Source: Candidatus Eiseniibacteriota bacterium
GTDB lineage: Bacteria; Eisenbacteria; RBG-16-71-46; CAZAMP01
Length of the DNA stretch: 12,908 nucleotides
NCBI GenBank assembly: GCA_965224245.1
Contig: CBDCYW010000005.1
Span: forward strand, 1 to 12,908
Direction of reading: 5' to 3'
Below the pieces are notes generated by a model. It searched no databases. It had not been told where the DNA came from and saw nothing but the letters and a program-made list of their open reading frames with translations. Below, piece after piece: positions 1-8,491 of the stretch. Positions within the stretch are counted from its first letter, which is position 1. The number at the start of each line of letters is the position of its first letter. The position numbers and the translations under genes were made by a program.

Positions 1-147
1 GGCTGTTTCGGGGCGAGGGGCCAGGTTAGGGGCCGATTTCAGCGCAGAAATCGCTCCGGGGTGCCCGGTCGACGCCCCTCCCGGAGGGGACGCAATCGCC
101 ACACCGGTTGCACCATCGCGACTTACGGCATCGCCGAATCGCCCAGT

Positions 148-263
148 CGCGTCCCCGTTCGGCTGACCGAGGGGCCGTTCGCGTCCCGTTCCGGGCGTCT
201 GTCAGGGGTCGCCGCGTCGCCGTTCGGCACATCTGTATGCGCTCCGCGTCGCTGGATCGGCAC
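148..263. repeat. Four degenerate ~16-19-bp repeats at 32-33-bp period downstream of the terminase gene
   Basis: CGCGTCCCCGTTCGGC (148), CGCGTCCCGTTCCGGGC (180), CGCGTCGCCGTTCGGCAC (213), CGCGTCGCTGGATCGGCAC (245). Confidence 0.45.
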
Positions 264-294
264 CTCGCGCGGTGCGCCAGGGCACGGTTCGGCG

Positions 295-1867
295 TCACGC
301 GAGCGGCACGTAGTCGATCACGTCGTGCGCCTCCGCCGCGATGCACTCGTAGGTCAGCGCCATGCTGAAATGGTTCACCCCGACGCGCACGTAGCGGTAG
401 TGCTGGGCGCCGGTCTCGTCATCCTCGACGAGCTGCTTGGCGTCCCCGGTCAGGTGCTTGGCGAACTCATCGACGATGCGGCAGCGGCGAGGCAACACGA
501 TCTCCCCGTCGCGGATGGCCCGGCGTGACGCATCGAGCGCCTCGGTGCGGTTCTCCGCTACGGTGTAGCTGTCCTTGTCCCATCGCGGGCGGCCCCGCTG
601 GTGCGGATTGAAGAAGTTCAGGTAGACGACGCCCGATTGCCGAGCGGCGAGTTCGCGGGCGGCATGCGTCTCCGGCAGCCCATCGATCACGCAGCGGTAC
701 ACGTTGAACCGCGCGATCAGATCGTCCAGCTCGTCGAAGGCCGCGTGCACGCCGATGTAGACGATCTCGCGCCGGTCCCCGCGAGGGCGCGCGATGACCA
801 CGTGAAGCTCGCGGCCGGTATCAACGCCCATGGTACACGCCTGCGACGAGCGCTCGAGGATGCCCATGGGGCCGCAGAGGCGCAGCACCTCGTCGGTGGA
901 CAGCCGGTTGGCGCGGTCTACCCAGGCGATGCCGATCTTGAGGTTGAAGAAGCGATCGGGGAAGCGAGTGGTTTCGTACTCGCGCAGGATTTCGCCGGGG
1001 TCGATCAGCGTCGAGAAGAGCTGCGAGATGAGATACCCGTGGGACTCCCGCCCGGGATGCGTCGCCACCCACTCGCCGGCTTCGGGGTCCAGCGGGGCGT
1101 CACACTCGGGACAGGCGAGGTACGCGTTGCCGTCGGCGTCCTTCTGGATGATGCGCACCTCGGTGTTCAGGGTCCGTGGGAACGCCAGGGCCGGGGCGGT
1201 CCATTCGTTACACGCCGGGCACTTGAGGTGCCAGTGCCGCTGGTCGCTCGCCTGGAACGCCTCGTCGATGCCGAAGTCGGGGATCGATGGGATTCGCTCA
1301 GTTCGATGACGCGCTTGTAGCTCGAGTGCGAGAGCCGCTCCTTCGCACGAGTCTTGGCGTCGGGCGTGGCCTCGTCCAGCTCGTCGAACACGATCATGTC
1401 GGCGGGCACGGACTTGATCCCGATGGGCGACTTCTCATGCCCCGCAGGTAGAGGTAGCTGCCCTCGATGCGCTTCAGCCCAGCGGTGTCGGTGTCGGTCA
1501 TCGCCTTCTGGAGGAACGCGTTCTCCTCGATGAGCGGGCCGCACGCGGGACTTCGAGAACTCGATGACGTCGCGAGCGAGTCGGGAACAGAGATACATCA
1601 CGTGAAGTCCCGAGAGACACGCGTGGATGCGAGCGCAGGATCGCCCAGGTCGTGCCCCCGATCTGCGCGGCCTTGATCAGCACGACGTGCGGGCTCACGT
1701 CGTCGTAGATCGCGCGCAGGTAGGCATGACCCGCGAAGGCAAACGGCTTGCCGTCGAGACGCACTTCGACGCACCGCCCAGTTCGCCAGCGGCTGACGAG
1801 CGGGTGCGTACTCGCCGGGGAGACGACCTCCATGAGGCGCCCGGTGAGATAGCGGTGGACACGTCAT
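295..1867 (-). CDS. Phage terminase large subunit, GpA family (reconstructed across several frameshifts; clean from about 1290 to the stop at 295)
   Basis: Joining frames gives ...VRLDGKPFAFAGHAYLRAIYDD..HVVLIKAAQIGGTTW (GpA-type K-x-A-Q-x-G-x-T Walker A) ..VMYLFPT..IKSVPADMIVFDELDE (Walker B) ..ERLSHS..VIELSNPSIPDFGIDEAFQASDQRHWHLKCPACN..CPECD..GEWVAT..HGYLISQL..FFNLKIG..TMGVDTG (nuclease-domain motif)..VIDGLP..NHFSMAL. Start taken as ATG 1867, which overlaps TGA 1864-1866 (ATGA); the start is uncertain. Confidence 0.85.
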
Positions 1868-2429
1868 GCGTCGACGTCCGCCGGCTTCAGGCCTGCTGCG
1901 GGAGCTTCGAGCCAGCACCGTGAGCCGGATCTGGTCGCGCGCTTCCTCATCGGGCACGTGTTGCTTTCACGGCGTCGATGAACGCATCGACCAACGCGCG
2001 CGACTCGGCCGCCGCCTGGGCGCGGATCGTGCTCCTCGTTCTCCCCGGTGAGGCGAGAGGCCGCGTGCGAGTCGTTGGCCTTTCTGAACTCTCTCGACGA
2101 TGTGCGTGAAGCCGTTCCAGCTCGCGGATGCCGTGCGCCGACGTCGGTCTTCATTGCCTCGCCCACCTGGGCCAGGATGGCGTCCCAGTAACGGAAGTGC
2201 CGGAGGTTCAGGCTGGTGCGTTCCCCGGCCAGGGACTCCACGAGCTTCTCAGCCGCCTGCTTGATCGACCTTCGGACGCGGAGTTCGTCCCAGTCCTCTT
2301 CCTTGCGATAGCGGGCGACGGTGCGAGGCCTTCATGCGTAGCTTGCGCGCGATGGCGGCGTTGGAGTCCGAGCTCGCCGGTCAGGAACAGGCGCCGGGCC
2401 TCCTCACGCTTCTGTCGGCGCGTCAGCAT
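1864..2429 (-). CDS. HTH protein, probable terminase small subunit (frameshifted)
   Basis: AAGGAG RBS before ATG 2429. N-terminus MLTRRQKREEARRLFLTGE..IARKL..TVARYRKEEDWDE is HTH-like, followed by helical segments (KLVESLAGERTSLNLRHFRYWDAILAQVGEAM..QKGQRLARGL..AESRALVDAFIDAVK..DEEARDQIRL). It lies directly upstream of the large terminase. The 3' end is inferred. Confidence 0.6.
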
Positions 2430-3090
2430 CGGGGGCTCCTTCCAGGTAGTGGCGGGCCAGGTTCAGAAGGCCACGCGCCTTCCGATCGCGCCCGGTGATG
2501 CCGTCCGAGGCGCGCTCGACCGCGTCGGCGATGAGCGTGGCGTGCTCGGGATGGACCACGTAGGTCAGGACGACCGGCAGGGTCTTCTCGGTCTCGGCGG
2601 CCTCGTCGGCGAGCTGGGCGGCGATGTCACCGGCGGGGAACTCGAGGAGCGCGTGCAGGTCTCTTGATCTCCGCTTCGCTCTCGGGGACGAGGCCGGCCA
2701 GGTCGGCGCTCGACATGGACGCCCAGGAGCGAGTGCAACAGCTCGGCCCGGCGCACTGGGATGTCGTCGCCTTCGAGCCGGTTCAACGTCGCCAGGAGCA
2801 CCCGCGTCTCGGTGTCGTCGACGTTCCAGACATCCACGCGAACCGTCTCGTGTCCCAGGCTCTCCAGGGCACGCGCACGATGGTGCCCGTCGATGACCTC
2901 GTACTTCCCATCGTCGCGTCGGGATGTGGCCGCACGATCACGGCGGGATAGCGTCCGTTGCGGCGCAGGTGACCCTTCGGAGTTTCTCGAAGAGATCGGG
3001 CGGCATCTGGTTCGCGTTCATGGGGTGCGGGACGAGATCGGCGATGGGGACGACGCGCGTCTCGGGCACGGTGCTAGGACTCGAAGGCAT
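2404..3090 (-). CDS. ParB/Srx N-terminal domain protein (frameshifted)
   Basis: AGGAGG RBS before ATG 3090. Reconstructed: VVPIADLVPHPMNANQM..LFEKL..AVIVRPHP..KYEVIDGHHRARAL (ParB G-H-x-R motif) ..VDVWNVDDTETRVLLATLNRLEG..RGLLNLARHYLEGAPDADAPTEA*, TGA at 2404-2406. Confidence 0.8.
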
Positions 3091-4180
3091 CGACAGCCCT
3101 CCTCTCGCGGATACGCTGGATGAGGCGGTGCTCAGGGTCGACGGCGACGACCAGGAGTTCGCGGTTGCGGGCGCGGGTCTCGGCGCGGGCGACGCTGACG
3201 CCTTGTGGGCATAGGGCACCTCGATGAGGCGCGTCTCGCGTCCGCATGCAGCGACGCGGTCCTCGAGGTCGGCACCGGACAGCTCGGCGTTCCCGTAGGA
3301 CAAGAGCCAGACCGGGATGTGGACCGCCGAGTCGAAGAGTGCGTCGAGTAGATCGACCGACTCGCTGAACCGGCTGACGGGCTTGGCCTCGCCGTCGAAG
3401 ATTTCGTCGAGGATGCGGTACTCGCGCTCGTATGGCGTCGTGCCGGGATACGGCGGGTCGAGGTAGACCACGTCGGCGTTGACCGTCGGGAGCACGTCGA
3501 TCGCGCTACCCTTCGTGGACGTCGCCCTCGCCAGCGATGACGCCCCCGTTGATCGCGCTCCATGAACGCTCGCAGCTTCGCCGGGGCTCGTGAGTCTCTT
3601 CGCGTCGATGTAGACCTTCACGCAGCGACTCGGTGATCGCTTCGAGCTCGCCGGTGGCCACGCGGTGTGCCGTTCCAGGGCGGACCTGCGCCATCGGATG
3701 CGCGGCCATCGCGAGCTTCGCATGGCCAGGAGCTTGATCAGGTTCGCCTTCGCACTCATCGGCGGTCGCCTCGGCGGTCGCCAGGGCACGGTCGAGCCAT
3801 CGCGCCACGTTCGCCGGCAAAACGCTCGGGACGTAGAGCGCCTCGATTGGTCCCGGGCGTCGGGATGTCGGCGCCCGCGATGCGAAGGAGATCGGCCTCG
3901 GTCAGGTGGACACGCGCCCGTTCGCGACCAGCGCCCGGGCCACGATCACCGACCGCTCGGCGATGTCGATCGCGTGGACGTGGAGAAACCCCTGGGCCTT
4001 GGCGAACAGCGACACCGAGCCGCCACCGGCGAACGCGTCGACGAACCGGGCACCACCCCAGAGGCGGCGTGGGAACGACGCGGTCCAATCTCACTGAAAG
4101 ATCAGCGGGCGGCAAGACGGCGTTTGCCGCCGATGTACGCTGGCAGCGCCGACCAGATCGAGCGCGGCCTTGCGCACCAT
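3074..4180 (-). CDS. DNA N6-adenine methyltransferase, D12/Dam-like (multiple frameshifts)
   Basis: GGGGGAG RBS before GTG/ATG at 4183/4180. Reconstructed: LPAYIGGKRRL (motif X) ..RFVDAFAGGGSVSLFAKAQG (SAM-binding FxGxG, motif I) ..AIDIAERS..DVVYLDPPYPG (catalytic DPPY, motif IV) ..WLLSYG..NRELLVV..AFES*, TAG at 3074-3076. Confidence 0.85.
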
Positions 4181-4206
4181 CACGCGCTCCCCCGGCCACG
4201 CGGGAC

Positions 4207-4441
4207 CAGGACACCGCAGGACACCTAGAGGGCTGTTTTGGTATAAGCGCTCACGCGCGCGCGCGTAGCGTTTATACTGAAAAAGCCCTTTAGTGTCCTG
4301 GGGCGTCCTGCTACGCCGATCGCCCATGGAACGCGCCCCTCGCGATCTTCGTTCCCGGCAACACATTGCGGCTCGACCAAGACACGCAGGACAGCCAGGA
4401 TGCTTTTTCGGGTTGAGGTCACAACAGGACACTCAAGACGC
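4207..4441. other. Candidate replication origin: nine CA(G/A)GAC(A/G)C-like octamers plus a ~104-bp imperfect palindrome (4207-4310)
   Basis: Octamers at 4207, 4217, 4378, 4387, 4396, 4425 and 4434 (direct) and at 4293-4300 and 4303-4310 (inverted). Palindrome centred on A(CG)6T at 4253-4266 with AT-richer arms. It lies immediately downstream of the primase-helicase gene. Confidence 0.7.
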
Positions 4442-4460
4442 TTTTCCAGGTTCACATGCC

Positions 4461-6696
4461 TCACGAACGACCTCCAGTCACGGGGACATGGCGCGCAAGC
4501 ACGATCCCGGTCCGGTAGGCCCGCCCCCCACGCTTCTTCTTGCCGACGCCTTTTTCCGTCAATCGCTCGCCCATCCGCTGACCCGAAAGCGGTCGGATGC
4601 CCGCCTCCTGGCAGTGGTACTTGTACGCGTCGTACAGCTCGCTGAATGGCACCTCATCGCCCGCGATCACCCACTCATCGAGGAAACCCTGGATCACGTC
4701 CATGTCGGTGAAGTAGTCGCTCGTGGTCGCGTCGACGGCCGTGCACGAGCCGACGCCACCTGCCACCTGGTACGCCCGGCAGCCGGCCAGGAGCCAGTTC
4801 AGGATGCCCGGGAGCTCGGCTTTGAGCGCCTCTGCGAGCGTCGTGTCCTCACGGCCAGCGAAGCTCACGTTGAACGGCAGGAGCCTGAGACGCGCCTTGA
4901 GCGCGGTGTCGGTGCCCTTCACGAGCGGGCGATGGTTTGTCTGCAGAATGCACTTGCCGACCACCTGGAACTCGTCGCCGTTCTCGCGCATGCCGCGCGC
5001 GTAGATCGTGTCGCCGCCGCTGAGGCGCTTGATGGTGCTCTCGTCGAGGTACGTCCCGAATGCCCCCTCGGCCGTGGTGATCATCCGCGCGCCCCGCATG
5101 CGCACGATGTCGGGCCGCGCGCCGGCATCGTCGCGGTACCGGCTCTCGGTGAACGCCGCGAATGGTACGGCCACCGCGTAGTCGCCCAGGACGTCGCGAA
5201 GGCGCTCGAAGACGGTCCCCTTGCCATTGCGGCCGGTCCCATGCGCGATGAGGACCACGTGATCGCGGATGACCCCGGTGAGCGCGTAGCCGCCCCAGCG
5301 CTGGAGGAACGCAATCGCGTCGGTGTCCCGGGCGAAGATTTCCTCGAGGCACCGCTCCCAGCGCTTGGCGCATGCCTCGGGGTCATGGACCACCGGTGAC
5401 TGCCGCGTGATCAGATCGGCCGGATCGTGGGCCCGTAGGGTCCCCGAGCGGAGATCCAGGGTCCCGTTCGCGACGTTGAAGAGCCAGGGGTCGGCGTCGA
5501 GTTCGCACGCGTGGACGATCACGGCCGGCATGGTGGCCGCCTGGGCAATCATGTCCCGAAGTGCCCGGTGTGTGCGCGAGCGCACTGCGTGCGTGACGAT
5601 CTTCTTGGCGTCATCGCCGGAGTCGCGCGCCTCGTCGAACAGCGCATTGATCGTCTTTCGCGCGTACTCGAAGACGGTGCCGGCCTCATCCCAGGCCCAG
5701 CGGCTCCCGTCCCACACGAGCCACGACCGGCGCTGCGGGCAATAGCGCAGCACGTCGCCGAAGCGGTCGACCAGCCGCTCGGCATTGCCCACCTCGTCCA
5801 GGCGGTACGTGCGCTGCCCGGTGGTACGCCCCGGCCCGAGGGGGCCTTCCCGATGGAACGCGATGCCGAGACGTGCCGCGAGGTCCTTGGCCCCGAACGA
5901 TCCACAGCCTGCCGAACAGTGATAGCTACCCAGGTCGTCCTCATCACCGATCCAGATCGCGGCGGACGGATGCGTGTCGTCGTGAAAGATGCAGCATCCC
6001 CTCAGCTTGCCCGGCGCCGTCTCGGTGAACCCTTCCAGCTTCCCGGCCTCGGCCATGATCTCGCCCACGGTCTTCACGCGCGGCGACACGGGCAATGGTA
6101 CGAGAGACAGCGGCCTCGGCTTCTCTCGTGCGAGCTCGAGGAGCCAAGCCGGCGCTTCCGCGATCTCGGTCTGGACCACCGTCATGGCCGCCACCGATCG
6201 ACGATGGTGTAGCGCCTGCCGTCGACAATGGACCCGGGGCCGACGACGTAGCCACCGTCGCCACGCACGTCGATGCCGGGACCAATGCGCCGCGCCGAGT
6301 TCCGGACGCCGCCGTCGGGTACTGGAAGTAGAGATGGAACCCGCCCGAGGGGGTCCGCACCGTCAGCGTGGGCGGGATCTCGTCGTACTCGTTCTCCAGG
6401 GCCGTGAGCGTCACGAGCCCGTCTTCTCCCCCGGACTCGCCCGCATCATGCCCATGGCGATCGATATCGACGACGAAGACGCCGCTCGTCTCGCCCGTCA
6501 CGATCCCATAGTTCGGCTCGGGATATGTCTGCCACCAGCGCGCGATCTGATCGGGGTCCAAGGATGCCTCGTCCGGCCAATGGCACCCGGCGACCGGCTC
6601 TTTGCCCCCGGGCCGGCACGGAAACACCCGCCATCCGCGCTCGGCGCATCGCAGGGCTTCCCGGTGCGTCTCGATGCCGTTCCTGTCCCCGATCAC
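4461..6696 (-). CDS. Bifunctional primase-polymerase (Prim-Pol) fused to a CHC2-like Zn finger and a P4/D5-family primase-helicase (two single-base frameshifts, near 6318 and 6195)
   Basis: N-terminus GWRVFPCRPGGKEP..NYGIVTG..VVDID..RTPSGGFHLYF; the next frame gives VRNSARRIGPGIDVRGDGGYVVGPGS; then IAEAPAWLL..CCIFHDDTHPS..YHCSAGCG..GNAERLVDRFG..WLVWDGSRW (D5_N) ..FNVANGTLDL..HGTGRNGKGT (Walker A) ..IKRLSGGDTIYAR..TNHRP..LPFN. GTG start overlaps the ERCC4 stop. Confidence 0.9.
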
Positions 6697-7136
6697 ACCG
6701 CCACCTCCGCGTCGATCGCGGCCCGCTCCACTGCGTACCGCACGAGGTACCGTTCGGCGAACGCGGCCCCGAGCGCACGGCTGCCACAGAAGTACGTCGG
6801 CACCCGGTAGCGGAGCCCGATCGTGATCACCGAGCCCACGATCGAGCGCGGCCTCGCCTTCGAGCGATACCGATGCGCCGCGACGTCGGCCAGCTCGGCC
6901 TCGACGACGACGCAGGCCGCGTCGAACGTCCCGAGCCGTTCCATCTCCCGGAGGAACCTCGCCCGCTCTCGGGTCACACTCGCCACCAGGTCATCGAGCG
7001 ACTTCCGCTCCACGGCGACCCACTCCTCCAGTCCCACGACCGAGTAGTCCCCCGCCGGCAGCGCCCGACGCACGGTCCGACGCTCCGGCGGGAACTCCCA
7101 CGGTCGCTGCTCACGCGTATCGATCACGATCGACAC
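6693..7136 (-). CDS. ERCC4-domain nuclease
   Basis: IVIDTREQRP..LPAGDYSV..VAVERKSLDDL matches the ERCC4/XPF signature (D-x-R-E, GDY, ERK-x-x-x-D). The frame is open upstream to a CTG at 7166 preceded by GAGGTG, so the start may be 10 codons earlier. Confidence 0.9.
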   Translation of the reverse strand: MSIVIDTREQRPWEFPPERRTVRRALPAGDYSVVGLEEWVAVERKSLDDLVASVTRERARFLREMERLGTFDAACVVVEAELADVAAHRYRSKARPRSIVGSVITIGLRYRVPTYFCGSRALGAAFAERYLVRYAVERAAIDAEVAV

Positions 7137-7146
7137 GCCGTCCGGA

Positions 7147-7563
7147 TCAAAACGGCGTCGAGCCAGCGGACACCTCGAGCCGCTTGTTGATGTACGTGTT
7201 CTCGTACTCGCCCTTGGTCTTCTTCGTCACGCCGAGCATGAGCCCGACGAGACCGTCGAGGGCGTTCGGCAGCTCGCCGAGGCTGTCCAGATGGACCCCG
7301 CAGGTCACGAGGTCCTTCTTGAGCCACAGCATGTTGTCCTCGGTCGCGATCATGTTCCGATGCCAGAGGACCTGGTCCTCGTGATCGGGCCCCATGATGC
7401 GAAGCCGCCACACGAGCATCAGGTTGCCGTTCTTCGACGTCGTGAGCTCGGCCGCCTCCACGGTGACCTGGTACGTCCCGTCGGGAACGGCGCCCTCGGG
7501 GGTCACCTCCAGGGCGGTGAAGGCGTCGTTGAACTGGGCGAGCACGCTTCCGATCTGCGTCAT
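7147..7563 (-). CDS. DUF669-family protein (probable phage single-stranded DNA-binding protein)
   Basis: VPDGTYQVTVEAAELTTSKNGNLMLVWRLRI pattern; C-terminal ..TPF like SSB tails; AAGGAG RBS; ATGA overlap with the ATPase stop. Confidence 0.8.
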   Translation of the reverse strand: MTQIGSVLAQFNDAFTALEVTPEGAVPDGTYQVTVEAAELTTSKNGNLMLVWRLRIMGPDHEDQVLWHRNMIATEDNMLWLKKDLVTCGVHLDSLGELPNALDGLVGLMLGVTKKTKGEYENTYINKRLEVSAGSTPF

Positions 7564-8290
7564 GGTCTGTCTCCTTGGTCGTTCCGTGATCCCATTTCCT
7601 CGGGGTTCGTTACCGAGAGGCGAAACGCCGCCTCGAACGTCTCGTAGTCCAGCTCGATCACCTCGGGCAGTCGCCCCGTGCGATCCCCTGCGTCGTAGCT
7701 CGCCGTCGGCTTCGTCCGGATGACCCGCCGCGCGCCGGGACCCGACCCGTCGAGATCCACGTAGAGCACGAGGTCGACCAGGCCGACCACGATGCGCCGC
7801 GGCTTCTCGGGCAGCGTCGGCATGACCCGTGTCCGACGGCCCCCGGGGTCTCGATCTCCCGCTCCTGGGCGTGAGAGATCAGGATGAGACCGCACGGCAT
7901 GAACGCGAGCTTGGTCAGCACGCGCTGGAACTCGTTCTGCACGAGCGAGAAGCCCTTCCCGTAGGGCAGGTCCGCCTCGTGGTCGACGCCGTTCCGGCCG
8001 CAGACATGCTCGGCGCACATGCGGTACGCGTTGTCGATGGTGTCGATCACGACGGTCTTGAACGAGTGCTCGCCCTTCGAGAGCTCCGCGCACGCCGCCA
8101 GGAGATCGACCCACGAGGTGATCGGCTGCTGGTAGACCTCTAGCGCATTCAACCCGGGCTCGGTGGCCAGGAAGAGCGCGTCAGGGGCCTGGGCGGCGAA
8201 AGTCGACTTACCCATCTTGGTCGCGCCGTACATGAGCACGGTGTAGTCGGACAGATTGCTTTTCGGGGGCGTTTTCGTGATAGGCAGCAT
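7560..8290 (-). CDS. AAA_24 family ATPase (Sak4-like phage recombination ATPase), one frameshift near 7842
   Basis: MLPITKTPPK..VLMYGATKMGKST (Walker A) ..LFLATEPGL..FKTVVIDTID (Walker B) ..LILISHAQE. Adding one G to the G run at 7840-7844 continues as TPGGRRTRVMPTLP..GLVDLVLY..RVIRTKP..AGDRTGRLP to TGA 7560-7562. GGAGAGGGA RBS before ATG 8290. Confidence 0.9.
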
Positions 8291-8362
8291 CTTCAAGGTC
8301 CCTCTCCAGATCCCTTGTGTCCTCTCTGACGTCGGCGAACTCGGGCGCGCTCCGTTCGGGTC

Positions 8363-8491
8363 CGGTGGCCGGGAAGAGTGCGTCGAGGGCTGCAGAGGCC
8401 AAGGCCGACTTGCCGATCCTGCTTTGGCCGTAAATGAGCACGGTGTAGTCGGCCAGGCGGCATTTCGGGGCGTTTTCTCTCTTGGCAGCAT
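8363..8491 (-). pseudogene. Degenerate duplicate of the first ~43 codons of the AAA_24 ATPase gene
   Basis: Manual alignment with 8161-8290 gives 99/130 identities, including an exact 19-mer (ATGAGCACGGTGTAGTCGG). It translates, with one indel, as MLPREKTP-KCRLADYTVLIYGQSRIGKSALASAALDALFPAT. Confidence 0.8.

Noticed and set aside
148-263. These repeats, or those at 10001-10044, as a CRISPR array
   Set aside because: Repeats are too short or degenerate, spacers are 16 bp or less, and there are no cas genes.
26-346. Short ORFs downstream of the terminase (26-346 minus, 61-528 plus, 108-368 plus)
   Set aside because: Arg-rich, overlap the terminase end, and have no RBS or recognisable domain.
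2938-3789. 283-aa ORF that appears to fuse the methyltransferase C-terminal half to the ParB N-terminus
   Set aside because: Frameshift artefact: the methyltransferase ends naturally in another frame (NRELLVV..FES*, 3074), and ParB has its own AGGAGG RBS and ATG at 3090.
4225-4464. 79-aa minus-strand ORF overlapping the primase stop (and the 4091-4432 ORF)
   Set aside because: They run through the iterons and palindrome with no recognisable motif; the region is better explained as a cis-acting site. Translation cannot be fully excluded because of the GTGA overlap.
4293-5399. 368-aa plus-strand ORF
   Set aside because: Antisense shadow of the P4-family helicase in high-GC DNA; no motifs.
6190-7845. 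Programmed ribosomal frameshifting at the ATPase and primase junctions
   Set aside because: No canonical slippery heptamer; the sites are short C/G runs where one missing base restores the frame, as expected for sequencing error.
8206-8212. Third GGTAAGT occurrence (minus strand)
   Set aside because: It encodes G-K-S of the Walker A motif and lacks the flanking TCC and GTAG of the two intergenic motifs.
8161-8491. The duplicated segment as a diversity-generating retroelement template/variable repeat pair
   Set aside because: Mismatches are not confined to adenines on either strand, and no reverse transcriptase is present in the window.
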